A DNA stretch of 64,000 bases from positions 25,853,504-25,917,503 of the forward strand of contig OZ037765.1 in the NCBI GenBank assembly GCA_964035545.1, read 5' to 3'. The notes beneath the pieces are model-generated. The model was not told the origin of the DNA, did no database searches, and was given only the letters and a program-made list of their open reading frames with translations. Below, in pieces: positions 53,610-64,000 of the stretch. Source of the DNA: Bugula neritina (lineage: Eukaryota; Animalia; Bryozoa). A program made the translations under genes and the position numbers. How positions within the stretch are numbered: the stretch's first letter is position 1; each line of letters opens with the position of its first letter.

Positions 53610-56600
53610 GATACCATTTGATGAGGTCAATTACCCGCCACCCAATCAGGACGTGGCGTTGAAAAGTGAGCATTTGATAAATGCAGAATGTGATTCTGGA
53701 TTCTTGTAATATTTTTAAAAACCAATTTAAACAAGTTACAAAAATAGAGTTAATCTGTATTTTGATTTTTGTTTGATGCTTTAATTTTTTGCCATCTAAA
53801 CTTAATTTCATTATGCACTGTATTTTTATATAATATGCTATTGTATTGTTGAAAAGTTTAGTAAATTTTATTATACTCGTAGTTTTACTAATTTTAATAT
53901 TTTAAAAGTTTGAGTTTAAGCATTATTCATCACTGATTACTATAATCAGTAAATTATTTAGAAATTTAATTTACTTCTTTCATTGTTGATCCCATTTACA
54001 ATTTGAGAAGACTGTTATATGCTCCTGATGACAAATAATATATTTTAATAATTTCAGTATTGATAGCTAGATATAAAAACACAAACAAAGCTGTCAGTAG
54101 GAGGCTCAAATGTTTAACAAAATTGCATTAATAAAATGAGAGCAATGCTTTTAGTATGTAAATTAGAATGTAGCAATTTAATGGCTGTTACATGAATTAA
54201 TTGCACTATCACATTATTCAGCTCCTCCATTTCCTGATAAGGACCTAATAAAATCCATGTTAATGTTCTCTAATTTACTACAATAATTGAAGTCGTGACA
54301 TATATCATTATTGGTCTACACTATGCTTACACTATTGTGTCTAGAGGTGTCATACTTTTTTATCATATCTGACACTTTCTTCATTACTTCTGTCCTCAGC
54401 GCTTGAGATGGTTCTTTTACAGTCTGTCAATATAATATATTATTGTGCTAGTTTTTTTCAGAAACTCTTAAAAGCAAATATTTAATGTGAGTGAACAGTT
54501 TTTACATTATGTATCCTATTGAGATCTATACTAGTAGTCTTGTAGATTAAACTTATATATATGTAATGTACATATCATATAATGTCACCTGTGTTAAGAC
54601 AATTGCCATCAATTTAGTAAGTTGTAGTTTTGATATATGCAAGTCTTTATATAAGTTCTGTATGGCATTCAACTCCTGCTCTAGTTCCAATCGCTCATTC
54701 TAATGAATTAGAATGAAATATTTATTATAACTAAAAGAATATCGTTTGCAAATTAAGCATTGATACATAACCTTGATTGGATGTGAATTAATAACATGGT
54801 AGTAGTAGAATTATATGGCTATCAACAAAAGTTGACAATTCTTTTAAAGATAGTCATAAAATCAGTACCAATGGCTACTAAAGTTATGATATATGACACG
54901 ATATTTTACTTACTGCTGACTTATTCTGTAAGACCCTCGTAATCCACATTTTCTCGCCTTTAGTGAACACAGTGAATGAACACATTGCAGTTGCACTAGC
55001 AGACATGCCAATTCAGTAAATCTCTGCTAAATTAACAATTGTGGCTGACGTGAGTTCAATTTGTGACTTTGTGTCAGCGGAGTTATGTTTTCTAATTGTT
55101 AGGACTGGTGCAGTCAACAATGTGTTGCAATTAAAAGTTTGATTAGTCATTGTAAAAAATTTGAAATGTAAAATGTAATAGCCCAAAGAATGCCAAACAA
55201 TGTGATTTTTTTTCCCCAACATAATTTTGAATACTTTCTTGTCTATCTAGAAATTTTACAACTCTCAGCTTATCTTTTGTTATTTGTCCATTGTGTATCA
55301 GTCAAATTGAAAAATTTTAATTTTGGATAAATAAATGTATGATCTGCAAAGAAGATGGTTGTGTTTTTTTTATATTTATTATGATTTTACCTTCAAGATG
55401 ATATAACCATTTTGTATCTTTTAGGTATATTTGATGTTGGGTCTAGTGGAAATATGTTGGCCTTTGATGGATCTTACTGGGCTGATCAAGACAATGGTGT
55501 ATTAAACTCGTACAACAGCAGCCAAACATCTTGGGGAATACATTCTTCTAACATCTTTTATGGAATACAATTGGCTGAAAGTTCTGACTTCTATGGGAAA
55601 TATTTAATGACCAGTGACAGTGCTGACTTCACTCTGTGCGAGAAGAGACCTGGTAATTGTTTTAGATATGCTTGATGAATCTTTTACAGAAGAATTATGC
55701 TCACCTAATTTTATTAATGTTGAGGTGATGTAATGCAGTTAAATCGATATTGAGGTGTAGATTAGGTGAATATTTCAAGTTGAAGGATTATTTGTTGAGA
55801 GAATATCTAGGACATCTAGGACTATCTTTAGTGTCCCTTTCCCTTTAACTATTATCAACTTTTCAAAGCCATGTAGCGTTAAGGGGCTACAAGCTTTTCT
55901 TAATTGCAAATTCTAACAAAGTTTTACACGAAAGCTATTGGAAATTAGTATTCAATAATAACCTTAGCATATGTGCAGAAATTTAATCAATCACCAGAAA
56001 CCACTTTTAGACAGTTTTACACAACCTCCAATTTTAAATATTCTTCTTAAAATGCCTCAAAACAATAAGGGGTAATAAATTTGCATTTAGCTCTTAGGCC
56101 TGCATGAAATAAATATCGGCATCATGCTGGATGGAAATTTATCAAAACAGTTGACAAGCACACAATGTTTTAATATTTGTAATTTCTACATTGAGACTGT
56201 ACATATATTGAATTTCTTACACTTAAACTTTGTAAATACTAAATGGTAATAATTGAAAGTTGCAAATAAGTTTCCCTGCCTCACCTAATCAAGTTTTTAT
56301 AGGATTTAAAACTATTTTGGATCCGTAATACACATAGATATGTTTATTTGATAAATCTCTGCCTATAGTAGGTAGCTAAAAACAGTGAAAATTTTACTTA
56401 ATTTAGTTTAAACTATTTGTAATTATATGATTGATTATAAGAAAACATCTTGATTTTCTTTTACTTTGGAGACTAGCATGTAAATTGATAATTTTTTAAA
56501 AATATATAAACAATTTTTTCTTTGATATTTGCTTATTAGATAAATGGTTCTTTTACTTTTTAGCATTTCTGGGCTGTTACAATATAAGTGCAGTGAATTA

Positions 56601-59600
56601 TTCATCAATAGAAACAGCTTACAAAGTCACATATCAGCCAAATACTCTGTATTTGTGTGTTGAGTCATGCAAGGCCCGTCAAAGGACCATTGCTGGTATT
56701 ACAGGTAAGGGAAAGTTTCCTTCTACTTTTCTTATATTTTACGCTCTCGTATCTGTTCAAGGTTTGGGATGAATGAAAATACAGTCATTTGACACTTCAA
56801 ACTCTTGTATTTCCAGGGTCAGTGTGCTATTGTATGGATGAAACAGCTGGGATCCTAGAGTCTGACCAAGGCAATTGCTGGGGTCGCTGTGACAATACCG
56901 TAGAAGGCACAGATGTGTGTGGTGACTTTGCTAAAAGCAGTGTTGTTTACTATAACATTTGTAAGTAAGGCTTTGGCTCTTTAGAAAATCCTAAGCATTT
57001 GAAAGCTACAAAATAAAGTAACAGTTTTTGATAAACAGAAATTGCTGATTGCCAGCTGTAAACAATACGACTTGAGTGTATACCTAGCTCAGTGCTATTT
57101 ATTGTATCTTAGTATGTTTTTTAATCTGTTGCTTTATTACGCTCATGAACTAAGTTTACACCAGCATCTATTAATTCAAAACTCATTTTCTTCCAAACCA
57201 TTTCTTTTTAAGGCAGGTGGAAACTTATCTCCAAGCATGTACATTTACATCATAGCTATAATAAACATAATTTTGTGGGCTGCTGTAATAAGAACTATAT
57301 TATGATTTGTGTTACAGCTGCTGGGGACCACGAAGTCAGGGCTCCAAGCTGCATCTTGTTACAGCAAGAAGGGGCAGTTATATCAGGACAGTACCAGCTC
57401 TCGTTGTCTGAAGATAATGGAACGAGGAATGTTTACTGCAAGCAAAGTATGCTGTTTTTTCTATTTAGCTCATTTTATACTATTTTATACTATTACTGTC
57501 AAGGTTTAACTATGGATTAAAGTTTAGCACAGCCAAACTCACATGTATTTTTCTGAAGATATTAACTCTTTGATAACAGTTTATTTTTATTTTTCGCGGT
57601 TTGACTACATGTTAAAATTATTTCACCCTGTGTCATTTTGCTCCATTCCTCACTGCTACATTTTCTGGATTTTAATTTTTCTAATACCTTAATAATCTAC
57701 TGGACAGTAGACAATGCAATATTGTAAGGGCTTGAATTTTTTCAATTAATTACTTAATGTGCACTACATTTCGTTATCTAATTATCAGTTCTAGTTTTTC
57801 TTTTATTGTATTTATTTTATTTTATTAGACATCACATTATTGTAGATTAATTTTATTTTATTTCCGTTGTGATAAATCTTTCTGAGAAATCATGCTTATT
57901 TTTATTGTTTTATATTGGCTACTGCAGTTGGACAAGACTATGGAGATTTTTTGACTGGTGTAGAAGGTAATATCTTTTTTTCTTTTTCTTCAACACATAG
58001 CGGATATGAAGCAGAGAAAGCTAGGTAAGAGGTCACTGTGATACACAATAACTATTCTCTTCTAATATTCATAACTCTTTTATTTACTACTACAGTATTA
58101 TGACAAATGAGTTTTATTGTGCACAGAACATGTTAGGTAGTTGAGTTAGTACACAAAGAGAGAGTACGTGAAATCAGCATAATATACATGAAATATTAGG
58201 TATTCAACTGAAAGCTTTTTATAGCTTTTTCTCTGAAAGCTCTTATAGTAACAATGTTATACAATTACAATGGATGGGCTTTTAGGGTAGAAGGGCATGT
58301 TTTATTTTAGAAGATTTTTGCTAGATGTTTTTGTTATGAAACATATTTATATTTTTTCAATATATTTTTTACCAAATTTTAATCTTCATTTTAAAATATT
58401 TATTCAAGGACCTTTGTAATCAATAGACCCACTACAAAGACTGGAGGGTTGGTGCCTAGTTTCATAGTTTTTGGTTGATGGTTGACCTATAAACTTACAA
58501 GTTTATGCTTAAATGCTATTCATTGTTTGTATAAATGTGCAGGTGCAATTTTTATAATATAAAGAATGCAATATGTGTCAATAGGAATTTTACTTTGCTA
58601 TTAATATGTAACTTTACTATTTAGCTGTCACTTTTAGTACCTAATAGTCTAACAAGTCACTGCTTGACAGGTACTGAAGTCTCAAATAAAAACTGTATGT
58701 CTAAGGCTCTAAGCTGTTTAACCATGGGTTGTATAATTTTGCTATGCTGGATCTAAGATAATATTTTTCTCCTTGAAGGTTATACAGACCATCTGCCTGG
58801 TGGCCAATATCTTCTGGACTGTCCTCGTATTCTTATTGGTCGGTTTTTTTCCCTGAAAACTATGTAGTAGTTGCAATACTCAGTCAAGGTATGTAATAGG
58901 TTAACATTGTAATTTGTGTAGCAAACAGCTTGACAAGTAATAAAGTGTAGTAATTTTTGTTCCTGTGTTCAACTGCAGTAAATAATTTTCAAAAGTTGTT
59001 TGACTCAATACTAGTTGCAGCAGTTTTCACTAGTAAATTAAAGCAAAAAATATGTTCAATTTTCATCACAACCACACACGCACACCACACGCACACCACA
59101 CACACACCGCATGCACATCATATGCACCATACACATCATATACATCATACACATCATATATATCATATATATCATATATATCATATATCCTACTTGCAGG
59201 ACACGGAGAAGAGCTGGATGGTTTCAGATCTTACAGTGGAATTTATTCTGAGAGCTTTCATCTGTCTTACTTTTATAATGGAGGCTACTTTATATACTTT
59301 CCTGTAAATAATGTGTTAATTTATTAAAAGTTATAATGCTCTTTATTTGTTCTGTTGAATTTGTTTAATGTTCAGTATATGAATGTTGATATTTGCATAT
59401 TTTCATGCACATAATTTTATATGTTAAAAAAATAGAGATATCTTATTATAATTGATAGGATCTTAATGGGCCAGCTAATCGAGGGACTGTCGCTATGAGT
59501 GTTCTTAATCAACCAATCATAGCGTCTTATATAGAATTGGGGTTTCACTGGTCAGATGGTGTCTCTGGCGGAAGGTTTGAAGTTGTGGGGTATTCTGTTT

Positions 59601-62600
59601 CTTTACTGTATGATGGTAAGATATTGTCTAGTAGCTGTATTTTTTAAAAATATTGTTTGTTTTTTAACAAACCAGTTTTGTTTCTTGGTGGTCTTTTTCA
59701 TCAACACACGGCATTCAGATCTTCTGATCTCAAGATGTGTCTAATTTACTACATCTACTTACGACCTCCTTCATTCATTTATTTGCTGCCATATATTTAA
59801 TCTATTGAAATGCCTTCTGGTATATCTGGTCTATTCTTTTATATAGCAAATATGATCACTTTACTACCAAAGTTGTTTCTGCTTTTTAAATATATTTATT
59901 AACCTAACTTTTGTTTCTTTCCAGAAACTTTTTTATTTGTTGAGCCCATCAATATAAATTTTATATTTAGTAATTTTTCTACAATTCTCATAGCTGAATA
60001 GGTCTTGTAAACACTCTGCTTATATTTTCCTAATCCTCTTTCTCTTTTTTAATTCATCCCCTCAGCAATCTCTGATACAATACATATATCTGGTAGGCTG
60101 GTGCTGGTCTGGTCTGGTCTAGTCTGGTCTGGTCTGGTCTGGACTTCTTGTGGCATCACTTTGCTAGTTTGTAAATTGCTTTTCCTCTTCTATACTACCT
60201 AGCATTTATTCTGGCATCTTCTCCTACTTTAGTCACATTCTTTGATATCATTTTGCACATCTGCAAGCTTGCTGAAGTATACCAATTTTTTGAAAATACT
60301 TCTTTTTATGAACATTTACTTATCTTTTTTATTTTTTCCCACCACCACTCATCACTGTTTTGATATAATATATATAATAACTGTGATACGATTGTGATTT
60401 TGGATAATTACAGTTGATACTCGAACTACATCCGGGTACTCATACCATATACCCAATAACACTCGACTCAGCTGGAACGAATCCTTAGAGTATTGTAAAT
60501 CTTTGAGTCCAAGTTCAACTTTAGCTGTTATTGATAATGATCGAGAAAACGATTACATATTAAGGTGAACATTGGTTACTAGTTAATAGTTTTTACTGTA
60601 TTGCTTTCTCACTGAACTGTACCCATTTCTATTCTTGTAATATGTTATGTATAATATATTGTATGCTATTCATAGTATTATGTGTAATATGTAACGAAAA
60701 ATATGTGTCTAGTAATATGCTTTGCAAAATATGTTTAAAATACTATCAAAAAGCTACTTTTTTTCAAGTTTTCGTAATCAAGTATAATTAACAGAAGGGC
60801 ATTTCTAGGCTTTTAAACTTGATGAATTAAGTTCAGCAATGATTAAAGAAAGATGGGTAGAATTAAAATTAATACGAATTGATGACTGAAACTAAACTAA
60901 TACTTTCTCTGTTTGTCTATATTTATATGGTAACAGCACCTGTAGCATGTCGTCCATGCAGGGTTTAAAAGCTGGATTGTTTTTAGTCGCCTTTTTAAAA
61001 GGATAATTAACCTCATACTAATAGCATATTATACAACTGAAACTAATAGCTATTTGAACAATTTAGATATAATGAATCAGCTGTAATATGTATTCTGTAG
61101 CTACTTGGCAGATGTAATAGGAAATACAACTGCGTTGTCACCAACTCCTGATTTCATTGGTTGGCTGGGAGTCAAAGTAGAGAGTGAGCAGTATCTTACC
61201 ACTCACGGCGCTAGTCAGACCTTCTTTAGTGAGTATCTTTCACCTCAGGAGTTATAGAAGAAGAAATTATTTTTCATCATGAAGCTTGAGCTCCAGTTGT
61301 TTGATTTAGCATAATATTAATATGAACTTTATTATATGATAAATGCTATGATGTAAGAGGAAGGAGCATTTTTCTAGGAAGATGTTAAGTGCAGTTAAAT
61401 GTTATTTGGTGGTGCCCCTTCGTATCATGTATCTCCGTACATTATACCAGTAGAATGTATTATTGTAATGTACTATACTGGTTGCAAATAAATAAATAGC
61501 CCATTTCTATTTTTTCACTGCTCTCAGAAAGTTCTAGATAGCTAAAGACATTTCATAGTTGCATTTTGAATTTTTTTATAAAATATGGTTTTAAAAATTA
61601 TTTTATATAATATTTTATAATGTGTAATCGTAGTTCGTGCAAATGAAGTGCGCAATATGTTACTATGTATCAAACTTCATGCATATGGTTTTATGATGGC
61701 ATAATCGGGTTATTTCAAAGGCTAGATTTGTTGAGCTAATATTACTTGTATATCAATCAGGTTTTAAACACATACATTTTTGTTATAATGGTTAATTAAT
61801 ATACCTTTCAACTGTTAGAGTGGGCACCTGGTCAGAGTGGTTCAGCCAAAGAAGGTTGTGTATATATCGATGAGTTCGGCAACTGGACTATTGGCAACTG
61901 CAGTGAACTACATGTACCAATATGTGAAATGCCATTTACTATACCCTCCGCTCCTGGTAAGATGTGTGCGCTCTGACTGGTTATACAAATTATACTGAAC
62001 TTGGTGATAATTTTATTCGTTGTTGAGTTATGACATCATTTTTATATATTGCTTCTTGAAATCAGATGGCGATAAAAACAGAATATTCATTTTATTTATA
62101 ATATACTCGGTGTATCAAGTTTTATTGATGTCATGCCATATTTTATCCGTAGGTGAAGAAGTGTATATGGGATGTTACTTTGATTATACAACTGTGGCTG
62201 ATAGAAACTTTATTCCCAGATCCAACACCTCCACAGCCTATGACTGCATGGAGCATTGCTTCTCATTAGATGCACTATATGCATCACACAACCTCAAATG
62301 TATGATCAATATTTTTCAGTTTTATTTGTGAGTTGCTCTATTATTTACATAATTTTTCAAGTGTACTGTTATTATATACCTTGTATTATTTCTGGGTGTT
62401 TGAAAACGTTTAGATTTTTTTTATAATTTGAAATCTATAATTTTAATGTCATCATAAAAAGTATTATTGAATGAAAACATCTCAATATTTATTTTCAAAA
62501 TTTCTCAGGCTCATAATTATTTTGAAATTGTTTTAAAATGTTTCAGTTTTACAACTTTATTTTAGTTGCTGATGATAACTGTGCCTGTGCAGACCATTTC

Positions 62601-63855
62601 TCAGGCTATGCCAAACTAGATGATGAAGTTTGTGAATCATCAGAGCCACCCTCTGCTAACGTAGCCTTCCGCTCTGTTTACCAAGCTTGGAGTAAGTCTG
62701 TCATTACGGCTATAATTTATTGTAAAATAAGGCATCGCAGCTTGAACATGAATTTGATTTCGGCAATAATTACATAATTTAGCAATTTTGTATTTGTAAA
62801 AATCTATTTTATGTCCAACTCAGACATTTTTGGCATTTATTGCTTTTTTCTCATATTGTATTTACCTTTCTTATTTTGAAATGCAGACCTGTGGACTATT
62901 CAGGTTTTTAAACTAGTAATTTAGTGTGAGAATATGATGCTACCTGAAACTGCTAAAATAGTGTAACTCACAGGAACTAGTGTCACTATTCATAAACGTT
63001 TAAATGTAAATAGTTTTTGTAGTTTTGGGAGAAAATTTGAATTGATCATAAAATATTAAGGCCTTGGTGTGGTAGCTCTGCTTATGCAATATTTAGTGCG
63101 CAATTAGCATTTACAAAGATGCACTAGTTTATGGGTAGGGAAAAATTCAGTTGTTGAGTTATTGTCACTGAATTATTCAACTTTCCGTTCTATTCTGATG
63201 CATAACTCCAATGTTACAATTTATTGCTGTTTTAGGAACTTATTGCCCACCTCATGGAAATGTCAGCAACTCAGTCAACTATACTAACATACACGCTGTT
63301 CACAACTATTCCAAAATAAATACTCAGCTATTATTCTCATGTGTTGATGGATATAAATTGAATACAAACACTGGTCCAACTGTTTGTGATCCTCGGACTA
63401 GAGCATGGACACCAGCCCTTACTTGTATTGGTAATGTCATTTTTAGTCTCTTCTATCAAGTCTAACATACCACTGGCTGTCTCATGTTCAGTATGCACAC
63501 ATATTTGTTTTTATCACAATTACTCTTGAGAGTGTGTATTTTCTTGTTTTGCCTCGTCTCGAGATTTTCAACTTGTGTTATTTAACGCTGTTCAACAACC
63601 ATAACATGTTAATGATGCGCTCAAGAATTATATTATACGCAGTTAATTCTTGTGATATGTTTACAGACATTGAATGTAGCAATGTCATACCGACGACGGA
63701 GAACCTGACAGTGAGCAGTGCCAACCGAGGCTATCTAGCGACAATAAACTACACGTGTCTTACGGGTCACTACTTCTCAGACAATTCCTCTGTGCACACT
63801 AGTGTCTGTGTATCCAGTGAAGATTGGTCTATTACTGAGCCACAGATATGTTCCC
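30622..63855 (+). CDS. Giant extracellular mosaic protein: signal peptide, mucin stalk, CCP, multiple WSC and C-type-lectin-like domains, F5/8 type C, CCP-CCP; 3' end beyond window
   Basis: 42 phase-compatible GT-AG exons, 7180 nt: 30622-30626, 31422-31567, 31821-31925, 39369-39956, 40602-40901, 41106-41303, 41688-41771, 42429-42545, 42798-42992, 44112-44360, 44671-44803, 45018-45172, 45688-45867, 46973-47089, 47431-47544, 48242-48440, 48982-49220, 49323-49469, 49658-49792, 49895-50023, 50225-50401, 50639-50887, 51164-51430, 51719-51884, 52051-52280, 52655-52780, 53046-53291, 55425-55652, 56564-56704, 56817-56960, 57318-57446, 57928-58024, 58779-58888, 59200-59303, 59459-59615, 60414-60564, 61101-61228, 61819-61956, 62153-62299, 62566-62691, 63236-63430, 63667-63855. 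Signal peptide MICLVNTIILVLLAALPQSHA; WSC motifs (YxGC...C..C...CxC...C.G..SVY); CTL motifs (C..GW..F...CY...A...C...L..I...W.DG); discoidin motifs (ARL...AW...ILSQG...PIIASYI...RFEVVGY). Confidence 0.88.
31034..31364 (-). mobile_element. Short RTE-related retroposon (SINE or internally deleted RTE), 331 bp
   Basis: 9-bp TSD CTACTTCTT (31025-31033, 31365-31373); minus-strand 3' end GTGGTGCCCCAACGGTC... with an (AGGTAC)2 tail resembling RTE 3' ends; GC-rich, no ORF. Confidence 0.65.
32057..33579 (-). mobile_element. hAT (Charlie/Buster-type) transposon, internally deleted and rearranged
   Basis: TIR CAGTGGTTCCCAACCT at both ends; TSD GTTTAGAC. Transposase relics: YLVNIFATLNNLNLKMQ, EELHEDFIELV..S..K...F....LW, TTYQC..FS, DLR...SKTEPGVSKL. 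Confidence 0.92.
34981..35390. mobile_element. MITE with 4-bp ATTT TSD (Sola-like) nested in Academ
   Basis: TIR GGACCATTTTATTTTATTTAGTACAC / GTGTACACCAAATTAAGTAAAATGATCC; TSD ATTT. Removal restores the transposase frame PESVMKFIK. Confidence 0.72.
35815..36290 (-). mobile_element. L2/Crack-clade LINE 3' fragment nested in Academ
   Basis: RIMNKKPFDHPSAPLF...VLSIYQI...HSINTRQ...ALWNELPIPLRS...FGRKLRLYLL, followed by a 3' UTR. Confidence 0.78.
36375..36820 (-). mobile_element. RTE-clade LINE 3' fragment nested in Academ
   Basis: Hand translation: LYKTAIKTTLAYGYQIWPL...EDKISATEMRMLRHV...DHVTNDNV...HVRKR...RGRR.MDTVK...DKIR, with a frameshift and stops. Confidence 0.8.
37965..38033 (-). mobile_element. 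Fragment of the hAT terminus seen at 32057
   Basis: Reverse complement CAGTGGTTCCCTACGTTTTTCATACC...CCCTTTCATG...ACTATTAATTTC aligns with 32057-32125. Confidence 0.65.
39558..39733 (+). repeat. Coding ACN-rich repeat encoding a Thr/Pro mucin-like stalk
   Basis: SITTTPTTTTTTMPTTTTPTTTTTTTTTPTTTATTTP... built from ACAACCACACCAACTAC units. Confidence 0.92.
43142..43645 (-). mobile_element. Second Penelope-like element family, 3' fragment (solo pLTR) inside (TA)n
   Basis: Minus strand encodes NHGNISIDNVTVLNHSFKGIHHRKVAEALYIKQIKPQLNKQNYSIPLKLYQ* (GIY-YIG C-terminus), followed by a hammerhead; TA runs on both sides. Confidence 0.85.
43191..43239 (-). ncRNA. Minimal type I hammerhead ribozyme
   Basis: ATTGCTACT-CTGAAGA-T-GGGTAC-AGTG-GTACCC-GAAA-TATC-AGGGTAAT: intact core, 6-bp stem II, palindromic loop-less stem III, AUC cleavage site, imperfect stem I. 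Confidence 0.78.
47990..48195 (-). mobile_element. tRNA-derived SINE
   Basis: Minus strand has A box TGGTCTAGGGG and B box GGTTCGAATCC, then a body with AGGAAGGGCATT; no acceptor stem. A decayed relative may lie at ~45385-45545 (plus). Confidence 0.65.
59086..59188. repeat. 9-bp-unit minisatellite grading from CACACCACA to TATATCATA
   Basis: Read directly; ends 10 nt before the 3' splice site at 59199. Confidence 0.8.
60104..60142. repeat. (CTGGT)n pentanucleotide microsatellite
   Basis: About 7-8 units. Confidence 0.9.
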
Positions 63856-64000
63856 GTGAGTCATCATGTAAACATTCCATACTTTTAAAGTATGTTTTTC
63901 AGAGAGAACATAGGTATACATGTTTCTGTACATCCTCACCTATAAGCCTTAGGGCCACACGGTGCGTATTTTCGCATGCGAAAATTGAAATCACAAGTAG

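Noticed and set aside
63943-64000. Possible start of a PIF/Harbinger-like MITE
   Set aside because: Cut by the window edge; the second TIR and TSD cannot be seen.

Overview
AT-rich, intron-rich eukaryotic DNA from an invertebrate animal (taxon not determinable from the sequence alone). I reconstructed four host genes by hand from GT-AG boundaries and reading-frame phase: (1) the 5' part of an oxysterol-binding-protein-related gene (OSBPL10/11 type, minus strand, runs off the left edge); (2) a complete CHCHD4/MIA40 (plus, 130 aa); (3) a complete vezatin (VEZT, minus, 599 aa), convergent with CHCHD4; (4) a very large secreted or cell-surface mosaic protein (plus, 42 exons and about 2390 aa in the window, runs off the right edge) with a signal peptide, Thr/Pro mucin stalk, CCP/sushi, about 8 WSC, 6 C-type-lectin-like, 3 stand-alone fibrinogen-cap-like mini-modules and an F5/8-type-C domain. 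Introns and intergenic DNA carry many nested transposable elements. These include Penelope-like retroelements inserted in (TA)n microsatellites and carrying hammerhead ribozymes (two intact, one core-mutated, one truncated), Academ, hAT, Kolobok-type, Merlin-like and Sola-like DNA elements, CR1, RTE and L2 LINE fragments, solo LTRs and a tRNA-derived SINE. The most notable items are an intact hammerhead inside the VEZT pre-mRNA intron bracketed by an inverted pLTR pair, the architecture of the giant lectin-like protein, and low-complexity tracts that appear to mark promoter-proximal first introns. All family assignments come from remembered motifs; no database searches were run.
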